A stretch of 50,008 nt of DNA from Verrucomicrobiota bacterium (GTDB lineage: Bacteria > Verrucomicrobiota > Verrucomicrobiia > Limisphaerales > UBA9464), in assembly GCA_025360495.1 (NCBI GenBank), contig JANYCC010000314.1:1-50008 (forward strand), in the 5' to 3' direction. The notes under the pieces are model-generated. The model saw nothing but the letters and a program-made list of their open reading frames with translations, was not told the DNA's origin and did no database searches. Below are positions 8,620 through 16,168 of the stretch, one piece after another; positions within the stretch are counted from its first letter, which is position 1, and every line of letters begins with the position of its first letter. The position numbers were made by a program, and so were the translations under genes.

Positions 8620-10848
8620 ATGAACTCGTCCGTCCTTCCCCACTGCAGACGACCCCGGACGGGTTGGGTCGTGGCGACGTGGCTGTCGTGGTCCCTCTTC
8701 GCAGCAGCCGCCGATGTCAAACCGCACTGGGCGTTTCAACCTCCGGTCCGGCCTGAGCCTCCGTCGGCCCGAATCAGCCCCTGGTGTCGCGGACCGATCG
8801 ATGCCTTCGTCCTCAGCCGCCTGGAGAAGGAAGGCCTGCAACCGGCCCCCGAAGCCGACCGGGCCACGCTGTTGCGACGCGTGACGCTCGACCTCACGGG
8901 CCTGCCCCCACAACCGGCGGAGGTGGATGCCTTTGAATCCGATCCGGCGCCCGACGCGTATGGGCGGGCCGTGGAACGGTTGCTGGCATCCCCGCGGTAT
9001 GGGGAACGCATGGCGTGGGATTGGTTGGAAGCGGCCCGTTACGCGGATTCCAACGGGTATCAAGGCGACGGGGAACGGACGATGTGGCCATGGCGGGATT
9101 GGGTGGTGTCGGCCTTCAATCGCAACCTTCCCTTCGACCAATTCACCACGTGGCAACTGGCGGGCGACCTGGTGCCGGGGACGGGTTTGGAGCAGCGGTT
9201 GGCGACCGGGTTTTGTCGCAACCATATGATCAATGGCGAGGGGGGGCGGATTCCCGAGGAAAACCGGATCGATTACCTGTTCGACCAGACCGAGACGGTG
9301 GCCACGGTCTGGCTGGGGGCGACCTTCAACTGCACCCGGTGCCACGATCATAAGTTCGATCCGTTCACCCAACGTGATTACTTCGGGTTGATGGCGTTTT
9401 TCAACCGCACGCCGGTGGACGGTGGCGGAGGCGATCCGCAGACCCGGCCGGTGGTGGACGTGCCTTCGGACGGGCAGTCGCGGCCGAGGATTGAGCTGGG
9501 GGTTGGCGTGGTCACGGCGGCGGCGTTGGTCACGGACTGGGAGAAGCGGTTGTTCGTGCGGGCCGAGGGTCGGTCGGCGGTGGAATCCGAGGCGGCGAAG
9601 GACCTGCCGAAAGAGGTGAGGAAGGAATTGGAGACGGAACCGGTGCGACGGAGTGCGGAAGGATTGGGTAAACTTGCCGACCACTGGCGCCAGAAAGAGC
9701 CGGCTTATGTGACGGCGTTGGAACAGGAGCGCGAAGCCGTGGAGAAGCGTGCGGCTTTGGAACGATCGATCCCGAAAGTGATGGTGATGGAGGATCTCGC
9801 CAAGCCCCGGGAGACCTTCCAATTGGTGCGGGGCGCCTACGACAAGTTGGGCGCCCGGATTGTCGCGGCGACCCCCGCCTGCCTGACCCGTACGACAGTT
9901 CCGGGAAACCCCGGCAGCCGCCTCGACCTGGCGCGATGGCTGGTCTCTCCGGAACAACCCCTGACCGCCCGGGTCGCGGTCAATCGGGCGTGGCAGATGT
10001 TCTTCGGCATCGGGTTGGTGAAGACGTCGGAAGATTTCGGAGTGCAGGGCGAGCGGCCTTCGCACCCGGAATTGCTCGACTGGATGGCCACCGAATTCGT
10101 GCGGTCGGGCTGGGACGTGAAGCATCTCCACCGGCTGATCGTGACCAGCGCGACCTACCGGCAGTCGTCCCGGGTGACGCCGGGATTGTCGGAGCGCGAT
10201 CCGGAAAACCGGTTGCTGGCGCGGGGGCCGCGCCACCGGCTGCCCTCGTGGATGATCCGGGACGTCGTGTTGGAAGCGGCCGGCCTGCTTTCCGGGCCGA
10301 TGGGTGGGGCGCCGGTGAAACCGTACCAGCCATCGGGGGTCTGGGAGGACGCGACCTTCGGGGCCAAGCAATATAAGGCCGACGGCGGGGAATCATTATA
10401 TCGGAGAAGCCTTCAGGTCTTCTGGCGGCGGATCGTGGGGCCGACCATGTTTTTTGACGTCGCGAACCGGCAGTATTGCACGGTGCGCACGCCGCGGACG
10501 GACACCCCGCTGCAGGCGCTCCTGCTGCTCAACGACACGGCCTACGTGGAGGCGGCCCGGGTGCTGGCCGGCCGGGTGCTGACCGGGTCGGGGGATGATA
10601 CCGGCCACTTGGACGAACTGTGTCGGCGGGTGTTGGGACGCCGGGCCGGGGCGGACGAGCGCCGGATCCTGTTGACGGGACTGGGACGGCACCGGGCGCG
10701 GTTGGCGGCGGCACCAGCGGACGCCGAGCGGTTGGTGCATGTGGGCGAGGCACCCCGGCCGGCGGGCTTGGACCCGGTCGAGCACGCCGCATGGTCCCTG
10801 GTGGCCGGCACCGTGATGAACCTGGACGAGGCGATATCGAAGGAATGA
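8620..10848 (+). CDS. PSCyt2 (DUF1549) + PSD1 (DUF1553) domain protein, without an N-terminal PSCyt1 cytochrome domain
   Basis: Signal peptide; HWAFQPPVRPEPP ... IDAFVLSRLEKEGLQPAPEADRATLLRRVTLDLTGLPPQPAEVDAF; CxxCH inside FNCTRCHDHKFDPFTQRDYF; C-terminal LDLARWLVSPEQPLTARVAVNRAWQMFFGIGLVKTSEDFGVQGERPSHPELLDWMA. Confidence 0.9.
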   Translation: MNSSVLPHCRRPRTGWVVATWLSWSLFAAAADVKPHWAFQPPVRPEPPSARISPWCRGPIDAFVLSRLEKEGLQPAPEADRATLLRRVTLDLTGLPPQPAEVDAFESDPAPDAYGRAVERLLASPRYGERMAWDWLEAARYADSNGYQGDGERTMWPWRDWVVSAFNRNLPFDQFTTWQLAGDLVPGTGLEQRLATGFCRNHMINGEGGRIPEENRIDYLFDQTETVATVWLGATFNCTRCHDHKFDPFTQRDYFGLMAFFNRTPVDGGGGDPQTRPVVDVPSDGQSRPRIELGVGVVTAAALVTDWEKRLFVRAEGRSAVESEAAKDLPKEVRKELETEPVRRSAEGLGKLADHWRQKEPAYVTALEQEREAVEKRAALERSIPKVMVMEDLAKPRETFQLVRGAYDKLGARIVAATPACLTRTTVPGNPGSRLDLARWLVSPEQPLTARVAVNRAWQMFFGIGLVKTSEDFGVQGERPSHPELLDWMATEFVRSGWDVKHLHRLIVTSATYRQSSRVTPGLSERDPENRLLARGPRHRLPSWMIRDVVLEAAGLLSGPMGGAPVKPYQPSGVWEDATFGAKQYKADGGESLYRRSLQVFWRRIVGPTMFFDVANRQYCTVRTPRTDTPLQALLLLNDTAYVEAARVLAGRVLTGSGDDTGHLDELCRRVLGRRAGADERRILLTGLGRHRARLAAAPADAERLVHVGEAPRPAGLDPVEHAAWSLVAGTVMNLDEAISKE

Positions 10849-12302
10849 GCACCATGGATCCACGCGAAGAACAGCGGTTGTTGGTGAGCCGGCGGGCGTT
10901 TCTCGGACGGGGCGCCCTGGGTTTGGGCACGGCGGCCCTGGCGGGTTTGCTGGGCCGTGAGGGGTTGGCGGCCATGCCCGCAGCGGGATTGGCGGGACCC
11001 CATCTGGCGCCGCGGGCCAAGCGGGTGATCTACCTCTTCCAGAATGGCGCCCCCACCCACGTGGACCTTTTCGACTACAAACCCCGGCTGGCCCAACTCC
11101 ATGGCCAGACGGTGCCGGACGAATACATAGCGGGCCGGAGATTCAGCACGATGACCGGGAAGGCGGACGGGAAGAAACTGTTGGGACCGGTGGAGCCCTT
11201 CCGTCAGCACGGACGTTCCGGGGCGTGGGTGAGCCGGTTTCTGCCGCACACGGCGCAGATCGTTGATGAGTTGTGCTTTGTGAAAAGCCTGCACACGGAC
11301 GCGGTGAACCATGCCCCGGGAATCTCCCTGCTCCTGAGCGGTTCCCAGATCCCGGGCCGGCCGACCCTTGGGGCCTGGCTGGCCTACGGGCTGGGCAGCG
11401 ATGCCGAGAGCCTGCCCGCCTACGTGGTGATGACCTCGGTGACACGCAACACCTCGTGCGGCCAGATCTTTTATGACTTCTACTGGGGCTCGGGTTTCCT
11501 GCCCTCCCGCTATCAGGGTGTCAAATTCCGCGGTGGCGGCGAGCCGGTGCTCTACCTCGAGAATCCGGACGGCGTGCGGCGTGAATCCCGGCGGGCCCAA
11601 CTGGATGACCTCGCCCGGTTGAATGAGCTCAAACGGCGCGAGTGCGGCGACCCGGAGATCACGACCCGGGTGGCCCAGTATGAGATGGCATTCCGGATGC
11701 AGGCCAGCGTGCCGGACCTCACCGACCTGTCGAAAGAGCCCGCGTCGGTCTTCGAATTATATGGGCCGGAGGCGCGCCAGCCCGGGACCTATGCCTATAA
11801 CTGCCTCATGGCGCGCCGGCTGGTGGAACGCGGGGTGCGCTGTGTCCAGCTGATGCATGCCGGCTGGGACCAGCACAACAGCATCACCACCGAATTATAT
11901 AACCAATGCCGCGACACCGACCGGCCGTCCGCCGCGCTGGTGATCGACCTGAAGCAGCGCGGGCTGTTGGACGACACGCTGGTGATCTGGGGCGGGGAAT
12001 TCGGGCGGACGCCCTTCATCCAGGGGAGCCTCGAGGACCGGGTCCGCTGGGGACGCGACCATCATCCGTACGCCTTCACCGCATGGATGGCGGGCGGTGG
12101 CGTGCAACCCGGGCTGACCTATGGCGAGACCGATGACCTCGGGATGAACGTCGTGCGCGATCCGGTCCATGTGCACGATTTCCAGGCCACGATCCTGCAC
12201 CTGTTGGGGATCGATCACGAGCGGTTGACCTATCGGTTCCAAGGCCGGGATTTCCGGCTGACCGATGTGCACGGGGACGTGGTGCGGGGGGTTCTGGCGT
12301 GA
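10845..12302 (+). CDS. DUF1501 domain protein (sulfatase/alkaline-phosphatase-like), Tat signal
   Basis: ATG 10845 overlaps the upstream TGA (ATGA). Twin-arginine leader SRRAFLGRGALGLGTAALAG; HAGWDQHN; VIWGGEFGRTP; GRDHHPYAFTAWMAGGG; C-terminal RLTDVHGDVVRGVLA. Confidence 0.9.
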   Translation: MSTMDPREEQRLLVSRRAFLGRGALGLGTAALAGLLGREGLAAMPAAGLAGPHLAPRAKRVIYLFQNGAPTHVDLFDYKPRLAQLHGQTVPDEYIAGRRFSTMTGKADGKKLLGPVEPFRQHGRSGAWVSRFLPHTAQIVDELCFVKSLHTDAVNHAPGISLLLSGSQIPGRPTLGAWLAYGLGSDAESLPAYVVMTSVTRNTSCGQIFYDFYWGSGFLPSRYQGVKFRGGGEPVLYLENPDGVRRESRRAQLDDLARLNELKRRECGDPEITTRVAQYEMAFRMQASVPDLTDLSKEPASVFELYGPEARQPGTYAYNCLMARRLVERGVRCVQLMHAGWDQHNSITTELYNQCRDTDRPSAALVIDLKQRGLLDDTLVIWGGEFGRTPFIQGSLEDRVRWGRDHHPYAFTAWMAGGGVQPGLTYGETDDLGMNVVRDPVHVHDFQATILHLLGIDHERLTYRFQGRDFRLTDVHGDVVRGVLA

Positions 12303-12303
12303 G

Positions 12304-12381
12304 GGGGATGGTGATCAGTAATCAGTGATCAGTAATCAGTGATCAGGGGTCAGGGGTCAGTGATCAGGGGTCAGGGATTGG
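12304..12381. repeat. heptanucleotide tandem array 1 (class I units NNNTCAG)
   Basis: TGATCAG TAATCAG TGATCAG TAATCAG TGATCAG GGGTCAG GGGTCAG TGATCAG GGGTCAG (12312..12374), flanked by degenerate units. It fills the convergent spacer between the stops at 12302 and 12402. Confidence 0.9.
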
Positions 12382-12401
12382 GGCCGCTCTGGCGCCGCCC
12401 G

Positions 12402-12965
12402 TCACTTCAGGTCTTTCTTGATCGCCTTGCCCGCGTGCTTGAGGGGTTTGATGTTCAACTTGTCGCCGAGTTTCTCCAATTGTTCCGGCTTCACATCACC
12501 GACGACATTCACCAAGACCGCCTCCTTGCCTCCGTCCTCGACCATCACCACGACACCCTCCACGGATTCGGTCCCGCGCATCTTGAGGTAGACATTCACG
12601 TGACTGTCCTTGTCGTCGACGTTCACGACGTGTTCCCAGCCGCCGGTGTCGAGTTGACCGCGGAGATCGGTGAGACGCTTGCGGACGTCGCCGCGGTTGT
12701 CGTCGCCCAGGCTGACCACATTGACATGGACCGAAGTGAGCGAGCCGACCAGTTGGGCCACATCGGGGTCATCCTTGCCGGCGAGCTTGGCGGCGAGGCT
12801 CAGCAACGGACCCTTCAGCTGGACATCGACAAATTCGCCGCCGGAGCTGGAGCGGGCGAAGGAGCCGAAATCAACCTGTCCGGGTACGGTGTCGGCGCCG
12901 AGGGTGGAGAGGGAGAGGATCGAGGCGAGTGCGACGGTCCGGGTGATGGAAGCGAGAGCATTCAT
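12402..12965 (-). CDS. DUF4252-like secreted protein
   Basis: ATG 12965 gives the signal peptide MNALASITRTVALASILSLSTLGA. It is a small acidic protein whose pattern (VDFGSF ... FVDVQL ... LSLAAKL ... SLTSVHVNVV) resembles DUF4252. The assignment is from memory only. Confidence 0.55.
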   Translation of the reverse strand: MNALASITRTVALASILSLSTLGADTVPGQVDFGSFARSSSGGEFVDVQLKGPLLSLAAKLAGKDDPDVAQLVGSLTSVHVNVVSLGDDNRGDVRKRLTDLRGQLDTGGWEHVVNVDDKDSHVNVYLKMRGTESVEGVVVMVEDGGKEAVLVNVVGDVKPEQLEKLGDKLNIKPLKHAGKAIKKDLK

Positions 12966-13012
12966 GGTGGGTTCAGCACCCGGCTGCCGCGGAAAAAGTT
13001 TCAACGTCCAAA

Positions 13013-13040
13013 CTGGAGGGATGAGTTATACGAATCCCCG
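13013..13040. repeat. REP-like 28-nt dispersed repeat, copy A
   Basis: CTGGAGGGATGAGTTATACGAATCCCCG is 24/28 identical to 33191..33218. It lies between the coiled-coil gene stop and the DUF4252 gene start. Confidence 0.8.
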
Positions 13041-13045
13041 ACATA

Positions 13046-14695
13046 TCACGTCCCGCGGATCATCCGGAATTCGGCCGCCCGATCGCGCGGGGTCACCGCC
13101 GGACGCGAACGGAGTTCGGCCACGCGACGGGTGGCGCGTTGCGACAAGGCTGCCAACCGGCCTTTCAGCTCGTCGCGTTCCCGTTCCAACTGGAGCACCT
13201 TCGTCTCCAGCGTCCGCGTCGCGGGGGCCGTCGCCTTGGGATTGCCGACCGACTGGGCCCGGAGTGCGGCACCGGCGTCGACGAGTTGGTGTTCCAGGTC
13301 GAACTTTTCCCGCTCCAAACGGGTACGGAGCGAAGATTCCTGGGTGAGCGCCGTCTGGAGTTCCGCCTCGCGTTGGGTGCTCTGCTGCAGCGATTCCCGG
13401 AGACGAGCCACCTCGGCCTGTGCGGCGCGGGCCTGCGTCTCCTGTTCCAAAGTCACTGCGGTCGCGGCGTCCGGAGGTTTCCCCCCCACGGATTGGAGAC
13501 GGATCTCGGCCGCCCGAAGTTGGGCCTGGACCCCGGCGTGCTCGGCTTTTTCGACGGCCAGCGAAGCCTGCAGGTTCTTCAACGCCTCGGAATCCGCCTC
13601 CGACCGCGCGGTGAGCTTGGACACGCGTTGTTCCAGGGTCTGGTTGTCATGTTCCAACTGGGTGCGTGCCTGCTTTTCCAAGGTCAGCGTCGCCACCAAT
13701 TCGTCCGCCCGCAGCGTGTTGCGTTCGACATCCGCGCGCGCCACGGCGAGTTCGGTCTCGAGCTTGGCGATCTTCACAATGCCCTCCTCCGCCTGTCGGA
13801 TCTTGAGGTCTTCCACCTGTTTTTCCAGGGCCCCCTTTTCCAGTGTCAGGCGCTCGTTCGTCCGCTTCATCTCGTCGAGACCGGTCTGGACCTTGGTGAG
13901 GCGGGCGGACAACTCGGCGACTTGTTTCCCCTTTTCCGTCTCCGATTTCAGTTCGGTCACCTGGTCCTTGAGGGTCTGGTTTTGGAGTTGGAGCGGCTTG
14001 AGGGATTCGTCCTGGATCCGTTTCAGGCGGGTTTCGACCTCCGTGCGTTCGCGTTCGAGACGGGTCGCGGCCTGCTTTTGCTCGGCCAATTGCCGGCGGG
14101 TCTCCACGAGGGCTTTCTGGGCCTCCTCAGCGACGACCTTGTCGACCAGGTTCTTGCGTTCGGTTTCCTGGGCGGCAATCCGCGCGAGGAGAGTGACGTT
14201 GGTGCTTTGGAGTGCCGATATCTTCTCGACCGCAGCCTGCAATTCGCGGGGATCGATGGGTGCGGGTTGGGCGGAGAGAGCCTCCCGCAGGCGGGCCTCA
14301 AGGAGTTGTTTGTCGGAGGCAAGGGTCTGGATCCGGGAATTGAGGTCGTTCAATTGCGTCAACACCTCGTTCGGAGGCGCTTCCGGAATCGGATTGAGGA
14401 GGACGGGTTTCCGGGTCGCCTGATCCGCAACCTCCTGGAGCCCGGCCAACTTGTCGCTGCAATAATGGAGCCGGTAGTTGATCACCCGTTCATTCCATGC
14501 CGGATACCCGCGTTGCAGTTTCTTCAAGCCCTCCTGCGCCTCCGTGTAGAGGCGGAAGGACTGGAGTTTGTCGGGGGATTTGTCGGCCTGCTGGATGAGA
14601 TTATAAATGACGATGAACTGGTCATCGGGCCCGGCGGCGGGTGCGGCCGAGGCAAGGAGGAGCACGCAAAGGAATGCGGCCAGACGGCGGAACAT
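13046..14695 (-). CDS. secreted long coiled-coil protein, function unknown
   Basis: ATG 14695; signal peptide MFRRLAAFLCVLLLASAAPAAG. A globular head is followed by several hundred residues of E/K/Q/L/A-rich heptad-like sequence, with G/C-rich third codon positions. The two long plus-strand ORFs over it (12339..14423, 13139..14866) have shadow-frame composition. Confidence 0.8.
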   Translation of the reverse strand: MFRRLAAFLCVLLLASAAPAAGPDDQFIVIYNLIQQADKSPDKLQSFRLYTEAQEGLKKLQRGYPAWNERVINYRLHYCSDKLAGLQEVADQATRKPVLLNPIPEAPPNEVLTQLNDLNSRIQTLASDKQLLEARLREALSAQPAPIDPRELQAAVEKISALQSTNVTLLARIAAQETERKNLVDKVVAEEAQKALVETRRQLAEQKQAATRLERERTEVETRLKRIQDESLKPLQLQNQTLKDQVTELKSETEKGKQVAELSARLTKVQTGLDEMKRTNERLTLEKGALEKQVEDLKIRQAEEGIVKIAKLETELAVARADVERNTLRADELVATLTLEKQARTQLEHDNQTLEQRVSKLTARSEADSEALKNLQASLAVEKAEHAGVQAQLRAAEIRLQSVGGKPPDAATAVTLEQETQARAAQAEVARLRESLQQSTQREAELQTALTQESSLRTRLEREKFDLEHQLVDAGAALRAQSVGNPKATAPATRTLETKVLQLERERDELKGRLAALSQRATRRVAELRSRPAVTPRDRAAEFRMIRGT

Positions 14696-14761
14696 GGGCT
14701 AGGGTATAGGGCCGTTCGCGCGGTTCCGGAAGGAGGAATTGCCCGGCGGTTCGTTCGGAGT

Positions 14762-14858
14762 ACCGGCTTCAGCCGGTCGCGCGTCCCTTCCCGAACCTCA
14801 CGTCCCTTTCCATTCACGGTCCTCGTGCATGCGGGTGTCCTACCGGCTGAAGCCCGGG
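14762..14858. promoter_or_regulatory. two copies of palindrome ACCGGCT-NN-AGCCGGT in a divergent spacer
   Basis: TACCGGCTTCAGCCGGT (14761..14777) and TACCGGCTGAAGCCCGGG (14841..14858) are 80 bp apart. Their centre dinucleotides are complementary (TC / GA). Confidence 0.35.
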
Positions 14859-14990
14859 ACTCCTAACCGCATCCTCCTTGGACGGAAAGTCGTGCTTGCA
14901 CGATTTCCCTCGGCCGAAAACAATCCAACACCATTCCTGAAGAATGGGCGGCCCTTCCCAAATATCCATCGCCCATCCTGTCACTCCGTC

Positions 14991-15455
14991 ATGATTGAGA
15001 TTCCGGAAATAATCCAGACCACGGATCGGTTGACGGCCTTCATTCACCTCACGGTTCCGCGGGACCAGATCCAGAGTGTGATGGGTCCGGGCATCCGGGA
15101 GTTGTTGGGTGCCATCGCCGCCCAAGGCATCGATCCGGCGGGGCCTTGGTTCACGCACCATCTGAGAAGGCCGACGGACACCTTTGATTTCGAGGTGAGC
15201 GTGCCGGTGCTAACCCCGGTCGCCGCCGTCGGTCGCGTGAAGCCGGGGCGATGGCCCGCCATGAAGATGGTGCGAACGGTCTATCACGGGCCTTACGAGG
15301 GTCTCGGCGGGGCTTGGGGTGAGTTCATTGGGTGGATCGAGACCCATGGGCACACGCCGACCGGGGAGCTTTGGGAATGTTATACCGTCGGTCCGCACTC
15401 GGACCCCGACTCAACAGCCTGGCGCACCGAGTTGAGCCGGGAACTCACCGTCTAA
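14991..15455 (+). CDS. GyrI-like small-molecule-binding domain protein
   Basis: From ATG 14991: MIEIPEIIQTTDRLTAFIHLTVPRDQIQSVMGPGIRELLGAIAAQGIDPAGPWFTHH ... FEVSVPV ... VRTVYHGPYEGLGGAWGEFIGWIETHGH ... WECY. This is the duplicated GyrI/SOUL-like pattern; 154 aa. Confidence 0.7.
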   Translation: MIEIPEIIQTTDRLTAFIHLTVPRDQIQSVMGPGIRELLGAIAAQGIDPAGPWFTHHLRRPTDTFDFEVSVPVLTPVAAVGRVKPGRWPAMKMVRTVYHGPYEGLGGAWGEFIGWIETHGHTPTGELWECYTVGPHSDPDSTAWRTELSRELTV

Positions 15456-15463
15456 CAACAGCC

Positions 15464-16168
15464 ATGAAAACCTGGAAATCCCCACGGATGACCTTCCCGC
15501 TCGTCCTGCTGGGTTGCCTGGCGGGCGGAGCCGAGGCGCAAACCGTCCTGAACGGCAGCTTCGAGACGGGCTTGGATCCCAATACCGGTGTCGGGTTGAA
15601 CATCGGGATGACCGCTCCCGACAACACCACGATTTTCGGTTGGACCGTTTCCAGCGGCACCGTCGATTACATTGGCGGTCGGTGGGTGGCGGGAGAGGGA
15701 GCCCGTTCCCTCGACCTCAGCGGGGTTTCCGCGGGATCGATTTTCCAGACCGTGGGAGGATTGACTCCCGGAGTGGCCTACGAGCTGAGTTTCCTGATGG
15801 CTGCGAACCCCGATGGCGGGGCTCCCACCAAGGGCATGCAGGTGGACATTGGCGGTGTTTCGCAGAGCTTCTCCGCCACCCAGACGGGCAATCCCGCTGA
15901 CTTGGGGTGGACGCTGCGCACCTTGGAGTTTGTTCCGGCCGCGCCGACGGTGACCCTGGTTTTCACGAGCCTGGACAACAGCGCCTCCGGTCCGGCGCTC
16001 GACCGGGTCGGCATCGTCCAGATACCTGAGCCGGCGTCTTGGACCCTGCTGATATTGGGGGGCGCCGGCCTGGGATTTCGGAGCTGGAGAAACGGGACTC
16101 CCGGAGTCCGTCCCGGGAAGCTCACGCCAGCAACTGCTTCACCACGCTCGATTCCTCCACGCCCGTGA
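15464..16168 (+). CDS. choice-of-anchor C / DUF642-like protein with PEP-CTERM anchor
   Basis: ATG 15464; signal peptide; LNGSFETG ... GWTVSSGTVDYIGGRWVAGEGARSLDLSG ... YELSFLMAANPDG. The C-terminal PEP-CTERM signal IPEPASWTLLILGGAGLGFRSWRN is followed by an unusual 29-aa tail that overlaps the convergent gene. Confidence 0.75.
   Translation: MKTWKSPRMTFPLVLLGCLAGGAEAQTVLNGSFETGLDPNTGVGLNIGMTAPDNTTIFGWTVSSGTVDYIGGRWVAGEGARSLDLSGVSAGSIFQTVGGLTPGVAYELSFLMAANPDGGAPTKGMQVDIGGVSQSFSATQTGNPADLGWTLRTLEFVPAAPTVTLVFTSLDNSASGPALDRVGIVQIPEPASWTLLILGGAGLGFRSWRNGTPGVRPGKLTPATASPRSIPPRP

Noticed and set aside
8446-10371. 641-aa minus-strand ORF
   Set aside because: It is antisense to the motif-rich DUF1549/DUF1553 gene. 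Its R/P/G/H-rich composition marks it as a shadow ORF.
12304-12381. Whether the heptamer arrays could be CRISPR arrays or coding low-complexity regions
   Set aside because: The units are 7 nt with no spacers, and there are no cas genes. A period of 7 breaks every reading frame and introduces stops. They are simple tandem repeats, not CRISPR or CDS.
12339-14866. Two long plus-strand ORFs (12339..14423, 694 aa; 13139..14866, 575 aa)
   Set aside because: Both lie opposite the coiled-coil and DUF4252 genes, which have signal peptides and sensible composition. The plus-strand translations are S/R/A- or G/L/R/F-rich low-complexity sequence.
14739-14990. N-terminal extension of the GyrI-like ORF starting at a TTG right after AAGGAGGA
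   Set aside because: The Shine-Dalgarno-like AAGGAGGA is directly adjacent to the TTG, with no spacing, and is part of an inverted repeat. The extension has no protein-like features, and GyrI-like domains of about 155 aa start at MIEIPE.
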